A DNA stretch of 64,000 nt from a virus. Positions within the stretch are counted from its first letter, which is position 1. The number at the start of each line of letters is the position of its first letter. The stretch lies in the IMG/VR virus record IMGVR_UViG_3300041409_000267, positions 3,750 through 67,749 of that record; one strand, written 5' to 3'. The notes under the pieces were generated by a model. The model had not been told where the DNA came from, did not search any database, and saw nothing but the letters and a program-made list of their open reading frames with translations. Of the stretch, positions 1 to 9,041 are shown piece after piece. The position numbers and the translations under genes were made by a program.

Positions 1-90
1 AGTGTCACCAAAAAAGTCACGCGGATGAAGAAGGCAGCGTAAAGCGGTATACTGACGCCAGCCGTAAAGCACAACCCGTAGAGCCAAACG

Positions 91-119
91 AAACCTCGGA
101 CAAGGGAATCCGGGGTTTT
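91..119. terminator. Rho-independent terminator, possibly bidirectional
   Basis: aaacctcgga-caaggga-atccggggtttt hairpin just beyond the stop of the 126..461 ORF. Confidence 0.6.
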
Positions 120-125
120 GTAATT

Positions 126-461
126 TCAGGCCGCGAGTTGGCTTTTGTTCACCGGCGCAAACTTTCCAATCTGCTCCAGCGCACCCCAGCACTTGTCAAT
201 CGGAATGACGTCAGCGAACTTCTTCAGCTTGTCGTCCACCACGGTCCACAGCACCTTGCCGTCATACGTGTAGCAGAAGACGGCCGCTGCGGTGGTAACC
301 GGCTTGAAGTTTTCTGAGAGGTGGGTAATGGTGTTGAGCAGCTTGCCGATCGGTACGTGCGCGACTACCGGATTGCCCTCGGCATTGAATCCCAGGATGT
401 TGATGTCAGAGTTTCCATTCAGCAGGACGCCGCCGCCGTAGAGAGTGCGAGTGTTTTCCAT
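126..461 (-). CDS. Hypothetical protein
   Basis: 111-aa ORF with a GGAGG RBS. Confidence 0.7.
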   Translation of the reverse strand: MENTRTLYGGGVLLNGNSDINILGFNAEGNPVVAHVPIGKLLNTITHLSENFKPVTTAAAVFCYTYDGKVLWTVVDDKLKKFADVIPIDKCWGALEQIGKFAPVNKSQLAA

Positions 462-483
462 TGTTGAAGCCTCCTGAGAGGAA

Positions 484-684
484 TCATACCGAAAGAGGCG
501 CGTCCTTGGTCTTCTCGGTCATCTGGTCGAATCCGCAGCCACCGCACATGACCTGCATGTACTCGACTGTCGTTGGGTCAAGAGGGTTCTGAGATGCCCT
601 CTGGGTGCGGTACTTCCGGAACATCTGCTCACCGCCGCACTTCGGGCAGACCTTCGTGGATCCAAACTCAGGCAACTCGTTCAT
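484..684 (-). CDS. Small zinc-ribbon protein
   Basis: CPKC...CGGC; overlaps the upstream stop (ATGA). Confidence 0.7.
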   Translation of the reverse strand: MNELPEFGSTKVCPKCGGEQMFRKYRTQRASQNPLDPTTVEYMQVMCGGCGFDQMTEKTKDAPLSV

Positions 685-1622
685 AGGCTACCTTCAAACT
701 TCGGCTCATCCCAGACTTCGATATACCGGCGCACCTTGCCGAGAACCGCGATCAGGAATGGATCCGGCACGACGGTCAGTTCCTCAATTTGAAATTGAAC
801 TTCTGGGCATGCCTTCTTGATCTGAAGAGCCTTCTCGATCACGTATTCAGGGATGGGCTTGGAGTAGCCATCAATGTCGGACGTGCGCCAGATCGCCTGC
901 CGCGCCTGCCAAGAGTGGCGAGAGATGCCTTCCTTGGCGTCCATAATGGCCGCTTCGTTCTGGGCGTACTTGAGCATCTCGTCTTTGTAGGCTTTCACGC
1001 TGGCCGCGTCGAACGGCTCAATCTCCAACTTCAGCAGCGCGGTGGTGAGCGGGCTCTGCATACCGAGACGCTTCCGCAACACCGAGTAACCGAGCATGGT
1101 TTCTGCTTCTGTTGCCAACTCGCTGCGCATGTCGGTGACGTTCTGCTCCTCGACCTGGAAGCGCTGCAGGATGTCTTTGGATGGCCGGGGAATCTCTGGC
1201 GGTGGTTCGAGGACCGCGGTGGTGCTACTGAGTGGAGAGATGCCCATGCCACGGCGCGAAATATCTCCTGTGTCATACAGACCACTTCCGTACATCATGG
1301 AGTAGTTCATGTACTCGTTCATGATGTCGACGACGCGGGTAACCGGCTCAGGCCCCGGCTCATACATCGCGCGCAATCCCTCGTTCAAGCGGTCGAAGGT
1401 GAGGCTGTTTCCGCGCGGCATGTCGCCACTGTTGTTGGCGTGGACTACACCATTGAAGCCCAGCGCGTCGAACGGCATGCGGTAGACCGGCGTGGAGCCG
1501 CGGTGAATATAGAATTCCTCTGGCCTCAGGCTATACCGCTTCAGGTCTTCATCTGATGCTCGGTCAACAAATGGAACTGCCCTATCTGCGATAGCTTTCT
1601 TCACTCTCGCTTGCTCGTCCAT
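681..1622 (-). CDS. Conserved phage hypothetical protein (DPFL...WDEP C-terminus)
   Basis: Long ORF; ATG at 1622 preceded by AGGAGAGG. Confidence 0.75.
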   Translation of the reverse strand: MDEQARVKKAIADRAVPFVDRASDEDLKRYSLRPEEFYIHRGSTPVYRMPFDALGFNGVVHANNSGDMPRGNSLTFDRLNEGLRAMYEPGPEPVTRVVDIMNEYMNYSMMYGSGLYDTGDISRRGMGISPLSSTTAVLEPPPEIPRPSKDILQRFQVEEQNVTDMRSELATEAETMLGYSVLRKRLGMQSPLTTALLKLEIEPFDAASVKAYKDEMLKYAQNEAAIMDAKEGISRHSWQARQAIWRTSDIDGYSKPIPEYVIEKALQIKKACPEVQFQIEELTVVPDPFLIAVLGKVRRYIEVWDEPKFEGSL

Positions 1623-2101
1623 GTTTTTCCTCTCCTTTTTGGATGCTACCAACCGCTTCGTGCCGACAGACCGCGAGACACATCATCTCCCGGCCAAATG
1701 AACTAATCTCCTATACCCACAGTAATCTCGACTGATGTCGGATAATGCCTCGCGCTAGCCTTTCATGCTGCTGCGGTCTTCCAGGGTCTGGGGTTCGAAT
1801 GGCGCGCTATTGCGCGCTCAAATCCCCGCGAGCGTTCTTTGCGAGCGGGCTCCGCTGGGTCCTTCAACATCCTGCCGCCATTGCTTTCACGGTCTGCTTC
1901 CTCAGTGACGTTATAACGAATTCGGCAAACTCTTCCTTAGGACAGGATTTGATCCAGTCGAGCGGACACAGCTTTTCAACACGTCTTCCTGTCTCTGATT
2001 TCATGTGGTAGTAAAGTCATAACACAGGTATCTTGTGGATTGAGAGAGAAATTGTAGTCATCCGGTTGGTAAACCGGCCCGGACTAACTTTGGGGAGGCG
2101 A

Positions 2102-2861
2102 ATGACCCAACTTTTAGCACATCTTTTCGGTGATTACATCCTGCAGAGTGACTGGATGGCGCAGAACAAGACGAAGCGTAGCTGGCCCGCGCTCGTTCAT
2201 GCACTAACTTACTCGCTGTGTTTTGTGCCTCTGTGCTTCGGCGAAGCCCCGAACCATTCTCATATGCACCACGTTGTCAGGCTGTGGGGAGTTCGAACTG
2301 TTCCGTTGCTGTTCATTGTCTGGACTCACTTCCTGATCGACCGCTTCAGGCTGGCGCGGTACGTGGTCTGGGCAAAGAACTGGCTGGGACCAAAGAAGTT
2401 CTGGTATCGCGGAATCGCTGGTGGAAGTATTCGCTGGACGGATGAGGTTAGAGAAGTCGGGCCGGTAAAGCCTGACAACTATTACATTTTCTAACGGAGC
2501 CACGCCTCCGCTGTGGGCCTGTCCCACTGGCTACCCACCAGCAGTGCCGATCTGGCTCTCAACCTGGCTGCTGATCATCGCTGACAACACGCTTCACCTG
2601 GGCAAGGTAAAAGTAACGATGATCGCGGAGATCCCGGCGGCCGAATGCGCGCAGGAACGAACTGAGAAGTTCACGAAAGAGCGGCAGTTTGTGGAGAGCA
2701 TTCGCAAGTCTGGAGGCGCGGGGAGGATGGTGTGGTTCGTCAAACCGGTGGAGGTGGTGATCACCGGAGTCGCGTTCTTTGACAAGCTTCATGGGCAGAC
2801 CGGCGTGGCGAAAAATGGGATCGAACTGCATCCGGTGCTGGCGATTGAGAGGGCGCAGTGA
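2102..2861 (+). pseudogene. Frameshifted DUF3307-family membrane protein fused to a foreign C-terminal fragment
   Basis: AHLFGDYILQSDWMA and HFLIDR motifs. Stop at 2492; the family tail (TGYPPAVPIWLSTWLLIIADNTLHL) continues in the +1 frame. Confidence 0.65.
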
Positions 2862-3052
2862 AGGCGGATTGTGGTCACGAAGTTATCCCGACAGTGCGCG
2901 AGATGTCGCTGGAAACAATACCGCCAGGGGAGTGGAAGCGCATGCTTCCCGGCGTCATCCATCCGATAAGGTTTCCGAAGTTAGAGAAGGTGCTTTTCAT
3001 ACCGGCGTGCTGCGAGATGTGCGAGATCATGCGCGAGGCAAACGGTCTGTAA
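2858..3052 (+). CDS. Small Cys-containing hypothetical protein
   Basis: GTGA overlap with the upstream ORF. Confidence 0.55.
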   Translation: MKADCGHEVIPTVREMSLETIPPGEWKRMLPGVIHPIRFPKLEKVLFIPACCEMCEIMREANGL

Positions 3053-3128
3053 CTCATTGAAAGCTGAGCTTACTACACCATCTAGCTTTCGCGCGCGGCG
3101 CTCATATCGAAACCTGGAGAGAGAAAAA

Positions 3129-3380
3129 ATGGCTGAAACTGCGGTAACTGTTACAAAAGAGAAAATGCTCGAATACTTCTCGCTCAACTTTGTCGAGGCC
3201 GAAAAGATGTTCAACCTGCTTCAACAGGCCAAGAAAACCATCGGCGCGGCCGGGCATCGGCAAACCTGCGGATTTCACGGCTGTACATGTGGAGCGGTGG
3301 AAGCATTCAAGTCGGAATCAATCGAGTTTTGGCGGCAAGTGCAAGCTATCGAATCCGGCTGGAAACCGGGCCAAGAATGA
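3129..3380 (+). CDS. Hypothetical protein
   Basis: ATG after GGAGAG; CGFHGCTC motif. Confidence 0.55.
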   Translation: MAETAVTVTKEKMLEYFSLNFVEAEKMFNLLQQAKKTIGAAGHRQTCGFHGCTCGAVEAFKSESIEFWRQVQAIESGWKPGQE

Positions 3381-3452
3381 ACCGCTGAGCGTATGATTGT
3401 CACAGATGTACCTCAGGGCCCCGTGTTCCAGATTCGAGAGCTGTAACAAGCA

Positions 3453-3484
3453 GTTGCTTTTATCCAGCAACTTTGACGTATAAT
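3453..3484 (+). promoter_or_regulatory. Sigma70-like promoter with overlapping palindromic operator
   Basis: Perfect TATAAT at 3479-3484; inverted repeat GTTGCT-N7-AGCAAC at 3453-3471. Confidence 0.5.
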
Positions 3485-3662
3485 CCGGCGCAGGTCACAA
3501 GGACATTAAGGGTGTCCCAATGATTAACCTGCGTAAACAGGAACCCGCGCCGCAAAAAACTCTATCCTCGATTCTCCCTTCTTTCCAGCAAAATAGTCTG
3601 TATGCACTTGATTCTGTGCTAGTTACGGCTATCACACTACCGTGTAAACTATCACGGTCTAG

Positions 3663-3678
3663 TGTTCTACGTGGAACA
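3663..3678. promoter_or_regulatory. parS-like palindrome
   Basis: TGTTCTACGTGGAACA, one mismatch from the chromosomal parS variant TGTTCCACGTGGAACA; intergenic. Confidence 0.5.
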
Positions 3679-3701
3679 CGATGCGCAACAATGGTGGCTG
3701 C

Positions 3702-3983
3702 ATGAGCACCGCGAAGTTAGTGCGCGCCAAAGTCAAGCTACGGGAAAACATGCCGGAATGGGCCAGGTGCTGCGAAGAAGGGCTGCGCATTATCGAAGTG
3801 GCGCAAGGCCGCGAGATGGTCGTCAACCTCGATTGCCGCATGGTGCGTGGATGCTTCTGCCTGAAGTGCCAGGAAGGGAACGAGTCGGCAACAGCCGTTT
3901 ACATCGAATCTGGGCGCATCGGTATGGGCTGCTGGTATCCGCTGGAATGGCTTGACCTCGACGAAGGCCCGGTGGCTGCATGA
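3702..3983 (+). CDS. Cys-rich hypothetical protein
   Basis: ORF coupled to the next gene by ATGA. Confidence 0.55.
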   Translation: MSTAKLVRAKVKLRENMPEWARCCEEGLRIIEVAQGREMVVNLDCRMVRGCFCLKCQEGNESATAVYIESGRIGMGCWYPLEWLDLDEGPVAA

Positions 3984-4237
3984 GGACCCGATCCAAGCCG
4001 CGGATCACGCGCAAGCGCAAGTTCCTACCCGAAGACCGGGCAACGAAGCTACAGAGCTGCATGGTGAAGTTTGCCACGTGGAAGATGATCGAGAACCTGG
4101 CCGGCGGCTGGGGCATGGGCGCCGGTGTAGATGCGCTGGCCGAAATGGCCTGCTTGCTGATTGCGCGTGAGCGGCAAAAGACGGCGGACGTGAATCTGTC
4201 GACCGGAATGAATCAGGTAACGCTGGAGATGTACTGA
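3980..4237 (+). CDS. Hypothetical protein, possible ribbon-helix-helix-like regulator
   Basis: Basic N-terminus; operon coupling. Confidence 0.5.
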   Translation: MRTRSKPRITRKRKFLPEDRATKLQSCMVKFATWKMIENLAGGWGMGAGVDALAEMACLLIARERQKTADVNLSTGMNQVTLEMY

Positions 4238-4570
4238 ATGATTGACGAAGACGATTACGAGATCGAGCCCGATCCGATAGAGCCGGAGCCTTCGCGCTTA
4301 TGGCCTGTTGCCGTAGGCATCCTGTTTATGGTTGGCTGTGCGTTCGCGTGGCGCATGACCGAGCCAGATATTATCGCTGTGACTGTCCGGGCTCCATCTG
4401 TGTTTCAGGAGCGTGAGCCGAATACGGTTGGCATCGGCTGCAAGGACGCAGCAATTTGCATTACTGGAGATCAGCAGCCAGTATTCAACAAAGGTTGGAC
4501 TTTCAAGAATCTTAACGTGGACATGGCAAGCAAAACCATTGAAGGATTTACACCCGATCGCAAGAAATGA
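4238..4570 (+). CDS. Single-pass membrane protein
   Basis: Hydrophobic segment LWPVAVGILFMVGCAFAW. Confidence 0.6.
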   Translation: MIDEDDYEIEPDPIEPEPSRLWPVAVGILFMVGCAFAWRMTEPDIIAVTVRAPSVFQEREPNTVGIGCKDAAICITGDQQPVFNKGWTFKNLNVDMASKTIEGFTPDRKK

Positions 4571-4810
4571 CCTCTCTCGCCCCATCGCCGCTGCTCGAGC
4601 ACACTCTTCCCAAGCACCCCCAGTGAAATCCCTTAGCTAACCCACCCTTTAGCTAAAATCCCTTGCTATCGATTCAGGAACAAAGGTAGTGTGACTTCAG
4701 CCCCCGAAATAGTTGTTGCAGGAAATCACAGCAGGTTTAGTTAGAAGCGCCACTTCGAAGCTCTACCCGCCTCATATCCGTGCCGCTATAGGCGGCCAGG
4801 CCCACGACAG

Positions 4811-5275
4811 ATGGTCTTTTACGGCGCGCCGCCGTGTGTACCAGCCATGCCAAGAAATTCAAGGAACATCAAAGAGGACGTGTGGGATTCTTCTTCCTTG
4901 AGCGTCCTGTTTCCCGCCTCACGCTCGAAAGTGAAGACGATGCTCGCGACAGGCGAGTGCGTCTGTTTCTGTAAGCGTTGCGGCCTTACCGGTTCGACTG
5001 AAGCGCATAAAAGCCTTCTACTTGCCGGTAAGCGCTGCGACGGTGCGCGCCAGGCGCACGATTTGAGTTACAAGGTCACACCGACATTCCGCGACGTGGA
5101 CCAGACGCCGGCAGCAATAACCGCGAACGAGATGCGGGCCTTGGTCGGTTTGAAGTCAGCCCGAGCCCAGAAGGCAGCAAGGATCAAGCTGGATCACTGG
5201 CAGCAATGCGGTATGAATCTGAGAGTTCTTCCGGCGCCGCAACCTTTTGGCGTTATGTCACCGTGTCCCGCATGA
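4811..5275 (+). CDS. Hypothetical zinc-finger protein (start uncertain)
   Basis: CFCKRCG...HK...C motif. Confidence 0.5.
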   Translation: MVFYGAPPCVPAMPRNSRNIKEDVWDSSSLSVLFPASRSKVKTMLATGECVCFCKRCGLTGSTEAHKSLLLAGKRCDGARQAHDLSYKVTPTFRDVDQTPAAITANEMRALVGLKSARAQKAARIKLDHWQQCGMNLRVLPAPQPFGVMSPCPA

Positions 5276-5730
5276 GAAAACTAGCAACCTTGCTCGTTCG
5301 ATGGTTGAGCGGCTTCTTGCCAGGACTCGAACAGCGGGAAATCATCATCTGCGAAGAGTGCCACATGAGCGGGTATGTAAAGTGGCCGTGTTCACGTTGT
5401 AGCCACATTGTAGGCACGCCAATTCAGCGTGACGGAATCTGGACGATGCAGTGAAAATTCCGTGTCCCGCATAAAATCTTCGAAGATGGCTTCAGCAATT
5501 CAAAACGTCCGGTACGAAACGCTGCACCAGGACACACCGCGCGAAGTGGTGAACCAGGCTGAATGCAGTTTATGCGGGCAAGAGTATATGAAGACTCCCG
5601 GCGACATTGGCATCTGCGGCCGCAAGTTCTGCCGGGATGCGTATTCGAAGAACGACGGTCTCCAGCGGAAGAATCTACGCGCACGTTGGCCGCGCCGACC
5701 GTACCAAATTCAGTGGTAGAGGAATCAAAC

Positions 5731-6102
5731 ATGTTGAACGTTTACTCAATCGCTCAAGTCTGCCACGAGGCCAACAAGGCGTATTGCCTCACAATCGGTG
5801 ACTCCTCCCAGCCCGATTGGTACTCTGCGCCGGACTGGCAGCGAGATTCAGCCATCAAAGGAGTTCGCTTCCACCTCGAAACTCTATGCTTAGGCGAGAA
5901 GCCATCGCCGTCGGCAAGTCACGAGTCCTGGCTGGAAGAGAAGCGCGTAGCCGGTTGGAAGTACGGCCCGGTGAAAGACGCCGAGAAGAAAGAGCATCCA
6001 TGCTTCGTTCCTTACGCGGAATTGCCGTTCGATCAGCGAATGAAGGATTACGTTTTCTCCGCGATAGTTGAGAGTTTCTATTCAGCGGAGTGCGCTCGAT
6101 AG
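5731..6102 (+). CDS. Stand-alone RyR-domain protein
   Basis: HESWLEEKRVAGWKYGPVKDAEKKEHPCFVPYAELPFDQRMKD matches the RyR repeat signature; GAGG RBS. Confidence 0.9.
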   Translation: MLNVYSIAQVCHEANKAYCLTIGDSSQPDWYSAPDWQRDSAIKGVRFHLETLCLGEKPSPSASHESWLEEKRVAGWKYGPVKDAEKKEHPCFVPYAELPFDQRMKDYVFSAIVESFYSAECAR

Positions 6103-6241
6103 CCATCCCGTTGACATTCCAGCAGTTGTGTGAGCTCGCGAACCGGATCGCAACAAGATACCAGTTACCCGGTGACGTGGCCCGGCTTACTGGACTTCCG
6201 GAAAAACGAGTTAAAGAGATTCTGCGAGAAGCCCAGCCCAA

Positions 6242-6487
6242 ATGAGGATGAAGCCGGTCGATGACAACTGTGGAGAGTGCGATAAACCGGTTCACGTTGC
6301 GGTGCGTCAGCAGATTTTCTTCTATCCCAGTTCCGGCGAGAAGATCGTCAAGCTGGCCCAAAAGAAGCTGACCGCCGATTCCCCAGGTGTCTGGCGCAGA
6401 GTTTGCGGCCCTTGCCTGCTGAAACTCAGGCCGGAAACGCGGCAAGCAGCATCTCAGAATTTATGGCGATCCGCTCAACGCGCCTGA
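6242..6487 (+). CDS. Zinc-finger hypothetical protein
   Basis: CGEC...CGPC. Confidence 0.55.
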   Translation: MRMKPVDDNCGECDKPVHVAVRQQIFFYPSSGEKIVKLAQKKLTADSPGVWRRVCGPCLLKLRPETRQAASQNLWRSAQRA

Positions 6488-6791
6488 AATGCTCGAAGCA
6501 TAAGGTCTGGCTGGTGCTGAACTTCCGCATTGTCGCCAAGCCGAGCGGCCCGGTACGAATCGAATATTGGAGTTGCCCTTTACTCTGCGGGTATGTGAGA
6601 GCGCGGAAAGATCAGAAGAAGCCGGTGCGCAAAAGGTTGACAAAGAATCGCCTTAAAGTTGCGCCTCGACCGGCAAAAGGTTGCCAATCCGACGACCGGC
6701 AATTAGGTCTCAGTTTTTAAAAGCTCCGGGCCGCTGTCCCCGCGACAGGCAACCGAAATAGGGAGCAATCCCCGGTCGGGTTCCACTTTCC

Positions 6792-6980
6792 ATGAAATTC
6801 CTTCTCGTTGCTCTCTGTCTATCGGCAGCAGGATGTCACCGAGCGCAGCCCAAACTCGACTTACCGCGTGATGTCTTTGTCCACGTGGATCCCCGCGACT
6901 GCAAACTGACCGATCCGGTGCACCGCGTCTGGCACTGCAAAAACGCTGACCTGATGCCCAAAGCCGTGGAAGCGAAATAG
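6792..6980 (+). CDS. Small lipoprotein
   Basis: MKFLLVALCLSAAG|C lipobox. Confidence 0.65.
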   Translation: MKFLLVALCLSAAGCHRAQPKLDLPRDVFVHVDPRDCKLTDPVHRVWHCKNADLMPKAVEAK

Positions 6981-7041
6981 CCGCATAAACATTGGGTGTT
7001 TTATGTAGTAACTGGTTCGGCGTTGAACTTACAATTAGCGC

Positions 7042-7557
7042 ATGAAAGTTACATGCGAACAGTGCGGAAAAGTATTCAACAAGCCACCTTGCCACATCGC
7101 GAGAACAAAGCGAACCTTCTGTTCTTCTGTCTGCCGGAACCTAGCAGACAGGGTAAGGGTAGATAAAAACTGCAAGATATGCGGCGCGCAGTTTGCGGTC
7201 AGGCCGTCGGAGGCAAAGAGATTAAGTACATGCTCTAAGGCGTGCTACCTCAAAGCGAAACATAGAAACAAAAACGGCAACTGGCGTGGTGGCGTAACGG
7301 CCCGGCGCAAAGCCGAAATGAGCACGGCCCGGTATAAACGCTGGCGCGCATCAGTGTTCAAGCGGGACGACTTTACATGCGTTGACTGCGGCAAGCGCGG
7401 TGGTGATCTTGAGGCAGACCACATAAAACAGTGGGCGCACTTCCCCGGGTTGCGCTACGCGGTCAGGAACGGCGCGACACGTTGCAAACCCTGTCACCGA
7501 AAGCGCAAGCATCGGCACAGCCGTAAGTATCAGTACAAATTAGACCTGAAGGGATAA
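7042..7557 (+). CDS. HNH endonuclease with N-terminal Cys repeats
   Basis: RDDFTCVDCG...EADHIK...NGATRCKPCH. Confidence 0.9.
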   Translation: MKVTCEQCGKVFNKPPCHIARTKRTFCSSVCRNLADRVRVDKNCKICGAQFAVRPSEAKRLSTCSKACYLKAKHRNKNGNWRGGVTARRKAEMSTARYKRWRASVFKRDDFTCVDCGKRGGDLEADHIKQWAHFPGLRYAVRNGATRCKPCHRKRKHRHSRKYQYKLDLKG

Positions 7558-7561
7558 GCGA

Positions 7562-7925
7562 ATGAACGGTTGGATCGCAGTGGATCTTTGACGGCACCCT
7601 CGCACACTATGACGGTTGGAAAGGTGCTGATCACATCGGCGCACCGATTCCGGCAATGGTTGAGCGCGTTAAGGGCTGGCTGGCTGAAGGCCGCGAGGTC
7701 AGAATCTTTACCGCAAGAGTCTACTGCCCGCCGCCTGGCGAGGATGGATTCTTGGAGCGGCGCTCCGAAGTTTTTCGCGGTATCTCTTTGATAACCGCAT
7801 GGTGTATGGAGCACGTCGGCCAAGCACTAGTAGTCACCTGCACCAAAGATTACGGCATGATCGAACTCTGGGACGACCGCGCGATCCGCGTTGTCGCCAA
7901 TACCGGAAACCCCTGCTGCAAATGA
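7562..7925 (+). CDS. HAD-family phosphatase (polynucleotide-kinase phosphatase-like), split by a +1 frameshift
   Basis: MNGWIAVDL then TGA at 7589; the +1 frame continues DGTLAHYDGWKG...IFTAR...LWDDRA, restoring DLDGT. Confidence 0.8.
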
Positions 7926-8389
7926 CAACCAAAGTCCTCGTTACCCGCAAGTGGTTCACTCCCAAGTCCACCATAGGCGAGATCACCATCGACGGCCAGC
8001 CATTCGGTTTTACGCTTGAAGACGACCAGCGCGCCGGCGGCGTGAAGGTTCAAAACCAGACGGCCATTCCGCTCGGCACCTACAAACTCACCGTCGACTG
8101 GTCAAATCACTTTCAGCGGTATGCGCTCCACATCCTCGATGTTCCGATGTTTCAGGGGATCAGGATTCACAGCGGCAATACCGACATTGACACCGATGGC
8201 TGCATCCTGGTCGGACGCGAGCGCGGACCGGATTGTTTGCTGAGTTCACGGCTTGCCTTTAATGCCATATGGGAACGGTTGACCGAGCCGGATGGGCTGG
8301 ACCAGCAGCACAACATGCCAGCATTCAAGATGAAAGCGCCGACCACGGTTGAGATTGTTGACGCGCAGACGGACGCTGTGAGCGTATGA
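7922..8389 (+). CDS. DUF5675-family putative endolysin (L,D-transpeptidase-like fold)
   Basis: STIGEITIDG...TLED...TAIPLGTY...IRIHSGNT..DTDGCILVG; lies upstream of membrane-protein genes. Confidence 0.8.
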   Translation: MTTKVLVTRKWFTPKSTIGEITIDGQPFGFTLEDDQRAGGVKVQNQTAIPLGTYKLTVDWSNHFQRYALHILDVPMFQGIRIHSGNTDIDTDGCILVGRERGPDCLLSSRLAFNAIWERLTEPDGLDQQHNMPAFKMKAPTTVEIVDAQTDAVSV

Positions 8390-8739
8390 CAGACCAAGAA
8401 TTCAAGCAGAGTCTGACTGATTACCTGAAGCAATTCAGCGAAGGATTCGAGCCGACGGTTCCGCTGTTCCACAAAGATGACGGATCGATCGATCGCGAGA
8501 AGACGCTCAACCTGCCGTGTTTCTCGGGCTATAGATGAGAACCCTGCTGTTTCTCTTGGCTGCTGCTACCGGATTCGTTCTGGTAGCCAGCCGCAAACCG
8601 GTTCAATCGTACAGATTTTCCAAGTCTCAGTTCCGGCAGTTGTGTTTTGAGGCTGACGAGAACATGACCACCGCAAGGTTCGAGTGGCTGTGGGCCGGTA
8701 TCCAGGTTCAAAAATCGAAGTATCTCAATTAGGAGAAGT

Positions 8740-9030
8740 ATGAACCCTTACGTTGTTGCAGTTCTCTACATCGTCGCCGGAGCAGTCGCCGGGTTGGTTA
8801 TACGCGGCATCATTGCAAAAGCAGCAGCGCGCAAGAAAGAAGCGCGGGAAGCCTTGGATCGGCGTTTGGAGTGGCTGAACACAAGGATCCACGATGTTCG
8901 TATTGACGGCACAAACGGGCTCGCCGAGATACACCAGTCTCTGCACAACAGGCTCAGCGCTGCCGAAAACGCATTACAGCACTGGAAATCCCCAAAGAAT
9001 CCCGCCGAGAATCCCGCCGGGAAAAGGTAA
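8740..9030 (+). CDS. Membrane-anchored coiled-coil protein (lysis cassette)
   Basis: N-terminal TM segment; AGGAG RBS. Confidence 0.65.
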   Translation: MNPYVVAVLYIVAGAVAGLVIRGIIAKAAARKKEAREALDRRLEWLNTRIHDVRIDGTNGLAEIHQSLHNRLSAAENALQHWKSPKNPAENPAGKR

Positions 9031-9041
9031 AAGCATAGCCC

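Noticed and set aside
1-25. GTCAC repeat as left-arm integrase sites
   Set aside because: Does not match the ACGGCACAC arm repeat; no att core visible at this end
4066-4084. Second parS-like sequence
   Set aside because: Three mismatches and within a CDS
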